This document shows positions 14,127-26,465 of a stretch of DNA of 64,000 bases, piece by piece (the stretch's first letter is position 1; the number at the start of each line of letters is the position of its first letter). Made by a program: the position numbers and the translations under genes. The notes below the pieces were generated by a model, which made no database searches, was not told the origin of the DNA, and saw only the letters and a program-made list of their open reading frames with translations. This DNA comes from Paragordius varius (lineage: Eukaryota > Animalia > Nematomorpha), in contig OZ176052.1 of the NCBI GenBank assembly GCA_964247055.1, forward strand, positions 8,246,001-8,310,000, written 5' to 3'.

Positions 14127-17100
14127 TTAAATAAAAATTTCGCTTAAATTTGTTTTGATTTGATTTGTTATATATCCTGTATCTGGTTCATTTGGATTCA
14201 TCTCCTTCAAAAAATTGTATAACCATTCCAATCTATATTTAATTAAAATGAAAAACTTGCTGTATATATTTTGCATGACGATAGAACTTGATTTTGGAGT
14301 TAATACAAGATCATTTTCTTCATACTTTGAAATCTATTATAATATAACATTTAACACCTCAAATTCACCCTTGAACATTTCAAATTCATCCTAACATGAA
14401 TATTGTGTTTTTGATATCAAAACATATCAATGAGTAAAACCCAAAACTTATAACTTATTTTTATGATGAATTTGAAATGTTTATCTAAACACTATGTCAA
14501 ATTTAATGTATAAATTTTTTGCATGTTATATTTGGATAGGAGGGCTACCGGAACCCAAAAATGGGGGTCAAGTTGAATTTCAGGCAACTCCTTCAAAGTG
14601 TGATTTTAAACAGCAGCGATTTGATCATTAAAAAAATTATAAGTATAGCTAAATAGTTGCAATCATTTATATATTTTAAAAGTATTGGAATTATTATTAT
14701 ATGGATAAAGATTGGCTTTAATTTAAATATGTTAATATTTTTATCTGGCCATTTTGCAAAATACCTTTGTTGATAAAAAAATAAATTTTGGTTTAACCTG
14801 AGAGGCTCTTGATATTATATCAGGTGGAAAATTTAATGTTTGTGCTAAAATGGTTAAGTGATTATCATCGACAAATCCATCTTTAATTTTATATAAATAT
14901 ATCATGTCGGTTTGCTTGCTATCCACCAATACTTCCATGGTCTAATTATATGTATATAAATAAATAAATTAATTAATAATATTAATTATTAATTTAAGAG
15001 TTTCGAACGTATCAAACATAACTTCATTCGTTAAAATTTTAAACTAACTATTTTAATTCTGGAACAAAAGCTTCTTTTTGTATAATCATATCCTTTGGCC
15101 GCAGAAAATAGCTTTTAGCCTAATTCAAAAACCATCTATGATTTTTAAAAAAATTTATAAAAAGTTAATTGTTTACTGGATATACCCTGTCCTGTATTGC
15201 TGTGACTTAGTTAAAACGATATTTTAAGTCGGGTTGATAAAATATTTTTTTCTTAACTGTGGAAAATAAAACATGTGCAAACAAAACAATAATAGACATG
15301 ACATATTTCAGTAATCAAAACATCTTTAACCATCCCTCTACGTAGTGTTTGATCCGCCCAAAGCACGAATAATTGAATTAATTTACTATTAATTGATCAA
15401 AAGTTGGCATTAAATAGTCATTTACCACAAAATCCATGGTGTGTTTGTTAAAAATAATAAACTAAAAATTAAGCTTGACTGAAATTTGTGCATAGGATAA
15501 TACACGAATGCTTAAATAAACGTTTTTTTGGCACATTGCCCAGTTACAAACGCTTAATGCAGGGTTCTAAAGTTTTTGGAAAATGTTTTTGCTCTTATGG
15601 TCATCTTAAATGATAGTCACAGATAATTTTCAATTCAATGGAGTTTGAAAGAATTTCAGCGTTTTTAAACATAAACGTAACCTCCACGCCCTACCACCCC
15701 GGATTAACAGTTTAGAAGAGATATTATTATACCTTGAAAAATCATTATTTTATGACCAACTATTTTACAGCCGACCCGAAACGATAATTAAATCATTATC
15801 GTCCTGTTGCAAAACTAACACAATTTATCAATGGAGACTTTTTTTAAAACTAACTATCAAAGTTGATTGTTTGAATTGAATTTAATCCATTTTCTATTTC
15901 TAATGAGAACCAAACCCATTGAATTTATCGATACTCGCGACACTCCAAGGGAGTTTGAAAAGGGGCAAAAGATATATATCAATAATCAATTGTGTGCTGG
16001 TTGGAGGGGTGGTGGGATTTTCGACAGAATAGTGGTTATCGTAAACATCTACGGCGATGACAAAATAATTCGAAAACAAGATCATAGAGAAAACACCATT
16101 TAATTTATATCTTTCACAATAAACCAGCTATAACAAATTATAAGAATTGACAAATATTTTAAAATTATTTCAAATATATAATTTTTGTATTTTATGGTAA
16201 TTAATAACATCATATTTATGTTACTATTTATTATTTAGCTATTTTTCACATATTTTTAACAAATATTCAAAAAAACTGATATTTTTTAAAAAAATATCCT
16301 TCATTTTTTACCAAAATATCACCTAAATTTGACACTTATTTTGTATAATGAAATTAAAAAAATTTGAACCAGTAAATTAAAGCATTGTGTATACTTGAAA
16401 ATGAATCCAATCTTCCATTGGTGTTTTCAAATAGGCTTTAATATCAAGAAAATGAGTCACAATAAATAAAAATGGTTTTGAGCGCTCTTCACAATAAAAG
16501 TTTAGAAGGCCAGCTAAAAGACTCATGCCATCCTCCTAAATAAATATCGATATATTAGAATAATGTAATTTTTTATCATGCTAGAAATAATGTTAGCTAC
16601 ATAGTCTGGAGTATAGAGTTTAATACTTCATTAACTAAAGGCACATTAAAAATATTAATGATTTACACTGGTCTATATAGTGAAATTCCTATGATTAAAT
16701 AAAGTTGCATTTCTTCCTTACAAACATTTATTTACTTTAGAGCCATTATAAATCCAATTATATGAATTAATAATATATTGTTTTATAAAATATGCGGCAT
16801 ATTCGTTGAATAACTGTTTCTATGGTTGCATTTTTGACTTATAACCAATCAAATTGGTTTCTGCAACCATAAATAAACAATATTTCATTTTGTATTTTAT
16901 TTACCATTATTATTTTTTGCGGACACGTAATAAAAATAGTTTCAAAATGTTAAGCGATATAATTACGGTTAATACATTTTAAATCATGCAACTGAAATTC
17001 CCCTTTAGCCAATTAAATTGAATGGTCAATAATAGCTCTCACTACTGAATTCTGAATTATTTCTACTAATAAAAATTTCAAAATTTGTGGAATCCTACCG

Positions 17101-20100
17101 GTAGAGTTCCCTTCCCAATTTCATCCATTAAAACAAGAGATTTTGATGTAGCGAAGTTTAAAGCATGTACAATCTAATTATATATGTAACATCACATAAA
17201 ATGTCGTAGATAATAATTAAAAAAATAAACTTATAAAATAATGTATACTCTTGATATTTCAACCATAAATCGACTGTAATTGAGTGAAACTGAATCATAA
17301 GTGTATATTCGTGTGAAAAACTGATCCATTATACCGATTTCTGCAAATTTTGCTGGGATAAATGATCCAATGTGTGCCAAAAAAACTATAAGTCCAATCT
17401 AACAGTTTTGCGATTAATGTCATTATAATAAATAATTAATTAACAAGTGTAAGGAATGTAACTTGTTTTATGTATATGCTTTTTCCACTTCCGTGTGCGC
17501 CTGTAATCAATTTTATTTTATGATCCCTACTAACACAAATAGTTGTTGACTTTTCTTGTATTTCTAACGAATTGGATGAATTCGTGGAATTTAGCCCAAG
17601 GTTTTGTGGATCCCGGGCATAAGTGTCATTTGAAACGATTTGTTTGACACATAATTCTTGGAGAATGTGTCTATAATCAATTTTGAAACAAATTAAATTT
17701 TTTAACTTTTTATAATCAATAAATTACATTTCCCATAGTATAAAAATATCTAAACATTAATAATTTTGTTATTCAAATAGGACAGCGTCTGTTGAAAAAT
17801 TAAATAATTTTATTTATTTTATCTTTATATCATGATTATCTATAAATAATAAAATTTATTCTTCCAACGCTATCTCTTAATTCTAAAATTATTTAGGCTT
17901 GTTCTTTTTAGGTTTATCTTTCCAATCCAAATGTTTTTTTAATATTTTTTTATTTTCAATCATTTATGATAAAGATCATAAATTAATTATGCTCAATTTT
18001 TAAGGCTAATATTAAAAGTTAGTTAGATAAAAGTTAATAACCTTGGCTTTTTCTTTATTTGACATATTTACCATTTACACCTCTTATTCCTCTTTAAACA
18101 CTTCAAAATCACTCAACATTTAAATTCAACCTTGACCGTTTCAAATTCACCCTAAAAATAAATTATGTTTGTGGTAGTCAAAAAATAATATTTTTTATAT
18201 TTTTAAAAAACAAACTTGATTAAATTTAAAAGGTAAAGTTTGCATGACGAAATATTTCATATCAATAATGGGTTAGTAGCACAAAAACACATATATATTT
18301 TGATGTAGTCTTTTAGAGAATGTAAAAAAATAATTTTGTCCACCGGTGACCGAAATCGGATTTTTATGGGGTGATAAATTGTTCGGGGTATATTTGTTAC
18401 AAGAGTGATTTTGGTGTTCAAGGGTTAATTTAAGATGTAAAATGATATAAATATATATATAAATTGCTTAACCTATCAGAAATTTAAAAAACTAAAGATT
18501 AGATTATTTGGGAAGATGAATAAAGAAAAAGGATTGATTCAAAAAATAAACCGACTCATTGATTAAATTTCATATAAAAGGGTTGACGTATCGTTACCTT
18601 TATTACCCGAATCATTTATATAATATATTACAATATTATATGGATAAATGATGTAAATTTATAATTTTTAGCGATAACATTAAATTGTTTTATGCAAGGC
18701 CAAAAAATTAATCAGTAACGGATCAAATTTAATTAAAGTTCTTAAAATATCAAACATAAAAAATATACCGGCCTTCTTTGATATTTAAAACATTGTCCGT
18801 AGTCATTATAGGTTTCACCAAGTTGTATTCCATGGCACAAGCAGACAAAGTTACTAAGCTGTTTTGCCATATCAATTAAAAATTTAGTTAAATCAAGAGA
18901 ATTGGTTAAAAATAATAAAATATATTAAACACAGTTTAATTGATAAAAGGTAAAAACAAATTAAAAAAGGTTGAGGGACCAACTTAAAACGTTCAAGGAC
19001 CAACAGTCTTCAAGGACACTCCTGAAGTGCAAATGTTATATCAATAATGAGGGTTCTATTGCCGATATGTACTTTGAAACAGCGAAAAAACCAACCATAA
19101 ATTTATTAAATTTGGATAACTAATGCACTTTTCTAATTTCACTACACATTAGATTATGTTTCATTTTTTATAATTATGTGTAAAAAATAACTAAATATAA
19201 TCAATTTTTTTTATAAAAAAGGTATAAATTGTTGACAAGATGGAGGAAATCTGGTTCCAAATCAATATTTTGTCTCTGCCACCCGTTCCAATTATTTTTT
19301 TTAGAAAAAAACTGTTTTCAATCAAATGGTTCATATTCCATATGTTATTTTCCCAAGCTAATTCTGGCTCTGATTCCATTTTTTTTAATCAAATGGTTCT
19401 AATTTTGGTTCCATTTTAAATTTAGCTATACCCTAAATTTTTGCTACAATATGGATAAAATGTTATCAAAATAATATAAGTTAAAGAAAAATTGTTAAAT
19501 ACTTTTAAAAATAGAAAAATATAATTAATATTTCGTTTTATTAACTCTGGATTGTTTTTAGAATTTTATTCGGTTCCAAAACAATCAAAGAAAAGATAAA
19601 AACGAATATCAACCTTATAAATAGAAAGTCCTGAAACTAAATAATAGCACTTTTGGTCATAAAGAAGGGATTTCCTAATTATCCTTTCCACATTATATTG
19701 TTTGGTGCGCCAAAGTAAAAAAAATTACCAATCTATTTCGGCCACTGATATCTCTATATTACCAAGCAAATCCGATTTACTAAGAATATGGGATTCCAAT
19801 TTCTGTATAACCATTATTTCCAAATCTATCAAAAATTAATTAAATAAAAAACCATTTATATCACTATAAATATCCCCCATTTCGTTATCGAGCTCTAAAT
19901 ATTTAAATTTCTGAATATACGTGTCATTCTTGAATTTTTGTAATAGGCAACATCCTGATTGATAAACTACACATAATGGGAACATGATTGTAAAATAAAA
20001 TCAAAAATTATTTAAATAATATATAAAGTGATAATTTAGTCTTTTACGAAGAGGATGGGAATTTATATGTCATTCATTATTAAGGATATTATATATTTGT

Positions 20101-22004
20101 TTGTTAGAAATGATAATTATAACGGCTAGATAAAATATAATATGATATTTTTAAGAAGTGTATGAAATTTTTAAATTTCTTTACTAAAATTTATTGTAAG
20201 TACAGATTATTAATAATGAGCTTAGAATTCATTTAATCACAATATTTTTTTAAAATTCATAAAAAAGGGAAATATTTTATAAATTCAATCACCTTAAGCT
20301 CCCTAGATTCATCAGAACCCTCGCTTATAAAAGAGCTATAAGCAGTAGGAATAGTCAGCAAATATCCGAGCTTAATTTAATTAATAGAGAATAAACTGAA
20401 TTAATATATGTGACATTGCATTCCTTCACATTTTCTGACAATTTTTCAATTTCTTCCTCGGCAACTTTTGTCAGTAGGGTTGGTATTTTATCAATATCAA
20501 TGTATTCTGTTATTGTCAAACTAAAACAAACTTTGATCCAATTCATGACATATGCCAGAATTTATACACAATTTTTTGGTTTTTTTAGATTGGGTGAAAT
20601 TAATCTATTAGTAGTTACAATAATATATTTTATACGAATCCTTTTAACCAAGATTCAATTTCTTTTAACTCATCTATGTGAAATGCATTTCCGATTTGTG
20701 TAAAGAAATCAAAATCTTTGGAAAGACACAGTTCTCCTATCTGAATATAACATGTAATAGTCTATTGATGTAAACACCAAAAAACTTTATTTAATATGAC
20801 CCAATCGCTTAATGTAGATTTTGATATTTTCATCCGTCTAAGTATGTGCTTTATAGCATTATACCCAAATATACTTTCGTGATTTTTACTTCTTTCAAAA
20901 TGTTGGTAAGGTTTTGATACACATCAATATTTTTTATATCAGTTAAATATTCAATGACTAATAAACGATTATTAATGCATTCAATCTCGCCACTAGGTCG
21001 TAAAAACCATTCACTAAATTATACTATAATTAAATTACTTCAATAAATTTGATCCCATGTGTGTTTTACATTTATTAAATATATCTATTAGCTTAATAAT
21101 CTTTTTACTAAAAAGTGAGAGACCCTGTTTGTGATAATTGATTTTGTAAGAGCTTGGATGGCATTCTTCTGAAAATATTTGCAAATCTCTGAAAGTAATT
21201 AGTGATTGATTATACCTATAACTATTGTGATCCATGAAAAGTAATTTTTCACTAAAAAATAATTTTCAAATATTTATACATATGGAACATAACTAAATCA
21301 TCTACGCCATTCGACCCTTGGGTATTGCATGACAAGTAATTTTCTCTCTCAATAGTCATTAATAAAGCTCCTAAAGTGCTAACCTAATACTTAAATTTGA
21401 TATTAACCATAAGAGTATCGGACATGGGTATTTTAGTTCCAAGATAAATTTTCCATTCGTTTTCCGAAAGGTTGGGCATATTTGATAGCCATTTAAGTGT
21501 GGTAATCAATTTTAAATTTATATCATGAGCTTAATAATAATAACCTTAATTTTTACTAAAGTTAACGAAGGGCAAGAGTGTAAATGTAGAATCAATATTA
21601 TCGCAATCATTCATCCTAGACACTATTTTATTTTTTTAAATAACTTAGTTTTTTCAAAAAATCCAAAAAAGATTTGTTTTGCCTAGTTGTGGTAATTATC
21701 AAATTGGGTCTTATTTGATAGAGCACTCTATTAATAATAATATTTACGCATCATTGTTTTCTGAAATGTTTGACTTTCTTCTATATCTGACATAACTCCA
21801 ATTTTTTTATGAATCACGTTATAGTAACAAGCTCCAATTTTTCCTCTTTGATAAATAATGCATAAAATAATCTAATTATTAATTATTCCACTATACCTGT
21901 GTGGAATCATTAATCAAACTTTCCGAAGCTAGTTTGGTTTGTTTTGATTGCAAAATTTCATTAACCTCATTAACATCATTTTCATAACTATTAAAAGAAT
22001 CCAT
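14127..22004 (-). CDS. MSH5: MutS homolog 5 (meiotic MutS-gamma subunit), 26 exons, 2532 nt, 843 aa. Exons in transcript order: 21897-22004, 21748-21871, 21645-21725, 21557-21622, 21408-21529, 21280-21383, 21216-21251, 21109-21188, 21039-21084, 20875-21013, 20786-20848, 20636-20761, 20532-20604, 20397-20506, 20293-20370, 19921-19966, 19853-19894, 19729-19825, 18769-18858, 17463-17670, 17249-17398, 17099-17173, 16395-16535, 14798-14941, 14257-14333, 14127-14232
   Basis: All 25 joins are GT-AG, and the exon lengths sum to one uninterrupted ORF from ATG 22004 to TAA 14127. Collinear MSH5-like segments: IGACYY, DLQIFSEECHPSSYK..KQGLSLF, EWFLRP, RMKIS..SDW, IPTLLTKVAEEEIEKL..CNVTYI|LGYLL, GRHILQELC, ITGAHGSGKSIYIKQ, IGLIVFLAHIGSFIPA, FTRI, SLVLMDEIGKGT, IVTHF, IYLYKIKDG. 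Confidence 0.93.
15640..16103 (+). mobile_element. Decayed Gypsy-like integrase remnant inside MSH5 intron 23
   Basis: MEFERISAFLNINVTSTPYHP (integrase core-like) followed by PREFEKGQKIYINNQLCAGWRGGGI...DDKIIRKQ (integrase C-terminal-like); frameshifted. Confidence 0.55.
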
Positions 22005-23509
22005 TAATTTTTAAATCGTCTGCTCTGGTCACCTTTTAATAATATCGAAATATATTTTTTAAACTGATAATATTTTTATATAATAATCATATATCATTGT
22101 AAATTTTAAATTACTTTTTATTTTATCATTTTTTTCAATAAAAATATTAAAAAAGTTAACATTTATCTGAAGTTGCAATATAAAATTGACCGCATGATAA
22201 TTTAATAGATCGAAACCAAAATCAGTTAAAAAACCAAATTTGTAAATATATTGTCATGTTGGTGGGTTTTTAATAAACTTAAATAATTATTGAAATAAAT
22301 TGTTAGAATAGGCTAGAAACGCATTTGGACAAAATTTTTGATCATATATATCAAAAATTTGATCGATAGGGCTAATTGCGTAAGCAATAAACAAATTTTA
22401 ACGCTTGAAAACAAAAATGCAAGCATTTTGTTGTGTTTGTAAGAGTCGTGTTCAACATTCGTTTCGATTAATATGTAACATTGTTTGCACATAAATAAAA
22501 AATGCTATTCTAAAAATATATATAGATAATTAAATTTAGTTTTTTTGTTCTTCTTTGATTATGTTATTATTATACTACTAAAAGCGGTTCGTTAGATTGA
22601 ATTTCATTTTTATTTGGTTACAACATATATTAAAAATTGTGGTATTAATTGAATGGTGGGACCATGAATGCATTTTTAAGCAGTCAACGTTTAATTTTTG
22701 ACAAGTCCAAACACAAAACCCATCCTATGTAAATTAATAAAAAAATCTGTATTAAAAATTTTATTAGCTCATAAATAAAAGTTTCGTAATATACGGTTTG
22801 TTTAAAAATGTTTTCAACACATCTTTAATCCAACAGAAAACTTTGATACATATTAAGGTGCTTCTAGATATTTTTTTATATTATTTAACCAGGAAATCCT
22901 AAAAAAATTGATATTGACGTTTCGGAATTATCTTTCAAACTTTCAATTCGATATCATAGGCATTTTTGGTTGGTTCAAAACTAACACTAGAATTTAAAAA
23001 ATAGCATAACAGCTGCATCTAAAGTACGCCTAATTAACTTCATTTAAATCATAAACATTTAATGCCAAATTAGCATGTAATCAATTATGGTTTATAAAGG
23101 CCGGAAACTAGCCCATTTTATATCAAAAGCAGCAGGTGCACACATTTATACATTAATGAAAATATTGAATTTAAGACAATTGCCCAGAAAATGTATAGCT
23201 CATTCAAACTAAGTGGAAGATTTTTATTTATTTTTAATGCACGATAATCGAATCGCTTTAAAAATCTCTCATTAAGCCCCCATGGTAATGGGCCATAAAT
23301 CGCGTCTATAATATTGTTAGAAAACTTGAAGCCCGATATAAATTCAATAATATAGATATTTCAATTATTTTGAAGGAGCCAAACATAGTCGACCCACTTT
23401 AGCTGCTCCTTCCCATCCCTCTAAAAATAAAATTTTTGCATGATCCATGCCAAAAATAATTTGAGGCAAGTGTTCGCCCAAGTTTCGAGACTACAATAAA
23501 TCGATATTT

Positions 23510-24035
23510 ATTTTTATTATTACATTACATGTTTTCACTCGTGAGAGCGGTCATGTTATACAACCTGTCTCGCCATAGAACTCTATCTATGGCGTCTTCT
23601 GCATTAAGCTCGTATTCTGCTAGCTCTCGTTTGAATGTGTCTATCCATTTCGTTTTAGGCCGCCTACATTTTTGTTTCCCTTCAACTATATGACTCTCTA
23701 TTATTTTTGCAATATAATTAGAATCTCTCCTTTCAATGTGCCCAAACCAACGTAGCCTATTTTTTGACATTCTTTCCACTATTGGTTTAACATCTGTGAT
23801 CCCATGAATAAATATATTCTTTACATTGTCTTTTCTTGTTACCACACACATATAAACATTTTCATTTCCGTCACGTTGAAATGTCTTTCTTCGGATTTTT
23901 TGGCACCCCACGTCTGTGAATTATACATCATTGTGTGTTGAACAACTGTACTGTATATCTTACCTTTCACTCTAACGTCAACATTTCGATCACATAACAC
24001 GCTTGAAATTTTCTTATTTATAAACCCATGTTTTA
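23510..24035 (-). mobile_element. 5'-truncated RTE-clade LINE (3' end of ORF2)
   Basis: KISSVLCDR..VKGKIYSTVV..MMYNSQTW, then KNRLRWFGHIERRD...GKQKCRRPKTKW..EDAIDRVLWR (ORF 23525-23911); short TAA/TTA-rich tail. Confidence 0.85.
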
Positions 24036-25380
24036 TAAATTAATGAATAAGGCTTAACCCTCTGTAAATGCCCATAAAAACAACATGACTTTTAAGCTAA
24101 CTTTAGTCCATATGAAAACCTTGTTTACATAAAGGATTTAGCCATTAGATAAAATCAAAAATTTATTCCAGTGATTTTTTAATTGGCTGCTGGGTAGTCA
24201 TCCTCCTATGTTAAATAGCCCATGATATAATAACAATGCGGTTTTGAAGCAGCTTTTTGGATAGGCTTTAGGACCATGTAATATCATGTTTTAGGTATAT
24301 TTAAATAAAAGCAATAATTTTAGTTACGCCCGGGAATAGTCATCACTTTGTAAATAGGGCCGTATATAAATTAGACATGAAGCTTTTCGGCATAACATAG
24401 GTGACCATATGGGATCAATCGTTTTTGATATTTCCCGAATAAAGGCAAAAAAATTTTGTCCCGTAGCCGCACCTGATGTATAACGCGCACTCATACAAAA
24501 AAATCGACTATTGAGCAATTTTTCGGGAAACGTTCTGAGCGCCTCTATATTTTATCAAAATTTTATGATATAACGCTAATTTTACGACTTCTCAATATGG
24601 ATTACCACAAAGCTATAAATAATTTTATAAAATGAAGGAAGATAAAATATATTTCAGTAATAACAATACGCGTTAAAAAACAATCAATAACGGTTTATTT
24701 TACATATAATTTTGGTGGTAACAACAGTAAAGCAGATTTTTAAAAATAAATTTTAAAAAGGGCGATTAGATACGACACGCGCGCAATAAAGCCAAATTAT
24801 ATATTCTATCTGACTATTTGAGATTTGGTCAAGATCGTCTGCTTTTAAATATAAGAAAAACACATCAAAGTCATCAAACATTTTTTTATACTTTTGGAAT
24901 ATATATGAATCTCCATTTGTAAAGCGTGCAATCTAAAGAGGCTTATTACGCTGATAAAGTTCGGTAACTTAGAAATGAATCTTTTTATAATTATTGAGTG
25001 TCCCGCAAAACCAGTTGTTTGGAGGAAATGTACCTATGCCACAAAAAAACCAAAGATATGCCCCTTTTTACACTAAATTTATTTTATTTAATAATCTTTT
25101 AACCATATATTTACGATGTATTTAACTATAATGGAATTAATATTATTTGGGTTATCGTCTGTTCATTATTATAATTGTTTTTTGTCGTTAACGTTTTATG
25201 TGATTACAACTAATTCTTAGCAACACCTCAATAACAAACCTCAGATCATGTAATAATCAAACAATAAAAAGTCTTCTAAAGCGCAGATTATGTTCGGTAT
25301 TTTTTCGCGATTTTTATCTACACGATTAATAACAATAATATACGTTAAAAAACTAATAACATGGTCATATCATATATATA

Positions 25381-25900
25381 CCATTTGCACTTCAAGAGTG
25401 TCCTTGAACATGTTGTTGAACATTTCAAATTGTTGATTTAACCATAATTTTGTATTTATTTTTTTATTTTATTATTTATAAACCTAATATTATATATTTA
25501 TCCATTTAAAAATAAAAAATTTTCTTCAAATACCACTTTTTTGTTTTAAACTAATTTTTTTCCAATATAAATAATTATAAACTTTTAAATGTTTTTGTGA
25601 ATAATAACCCAAAAATCATATATATTTTAAATAACTGTTAATATTAATAAAGATAACGGTTTCTCAATGATTAAAGGTTGATATTGATTAGAAATTTATG
25701 TTAAATAATAGAAAATAGGTTAAAAACGATAAATAAGATAATAGATATAAGATTTGATTGATAAAAGTTAAAAACAAAACAAAAAGACAAAGGACGAACT
25801 TCAAATGTTCAGAGACCAACTAAGTGTTCAAGCACCGACCAACTTGAAGTGTTCAGGGACCAACTGGAAGTGTTCAAGAACACTCTTGAAGTGCAAATGG
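25381..25900. mobile_element. TA-flanked MITE, 520 bp (Tc1/mariner-like target site)
   Basis: About 29-bp terminal inverted repeats (TIRs) CCATTTGCACTTCAAGAGTGT(C/T)CTTGAAC, embedded in (TA)n on both sides; a partial copy lies near 18965-19040. Confidence 0.8.
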
Positions 25901-26125
25901 TAATATATATATAATATATATATATATACTCACGGTGCTCTAACAATTGGACCAATTGTACGAAGGAGTATACCCCGTGGTATTGTCATATTCTTATATA
26001 CAATATTATGTTTTTCTGTATGTAGGGGATTTTAAAATAAATTTTAGAACCTTTTACTTTATCTATTATAACGTAACATAAAGCATATTTATTTGAAAAA
26101 ATTAAAACATTCATAAAACCAGACT

Positions 26126-26465
26126 TTATTTTAAATGATGAAATAATTTTTCAGCAACCTAAAATATATATAAAAAATTACATGATGGTCTCTATAGTGA
26201 ATAAAATCAAAAAGTTCTTCTTCACAAGTTTCATCCGTACCGGGAGTATTGTTAACACGTTCGGTGCAAACTTCCAACCGTTTCTTCAATATCCTCGCTT
26301 TTTTAGTTAATACAGCTTTTTCACGAAGTTCAGTCATGGGATCCTTAAAATATTATAATAAAAACTTTTAATTCCTAATATAAACATAAAAAATACTTCT
26401 TCATCGGCTGCATTAACAATAAAAAAATTAGTAAGGCGATTAAAAAACCCAAAAAAATTTATCAT
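26126..26465 (-). CDS. UQCRH: Cytochrome b-c1 complex subunit 6 (hinge protein), 87 aa. Exons: 26397-26465, 26182-26343, 26126-26158
   Basis: MINFFGFFNRLTNFFIVNAADEE|DPMTELREKAVLTKKARILKKRLEVCTERVNNTPGTDETCEEELFDFIHYRDHH|VAEKLFHHLK*. Introns of 53 nt and 23 nt. The C-terminus matches the hinge-protein end (DHCVAHKLFNNLK) only after the 23-nt intron is removed. Confidence 0.93.

Noticed and set aside
14745-14797. 33-nt or 53-nt intron after MSH5 SRASQ
   Set aside because: Both give a premature stop; the acceptor at 14334 yields a full-length, homologous C-terminus.
24324-24518. 64-aa minus-strand ORF with a GC-richer, coding-like look
   Set aside because: No family recognised; probably a TE remnant and not assignable without a search.
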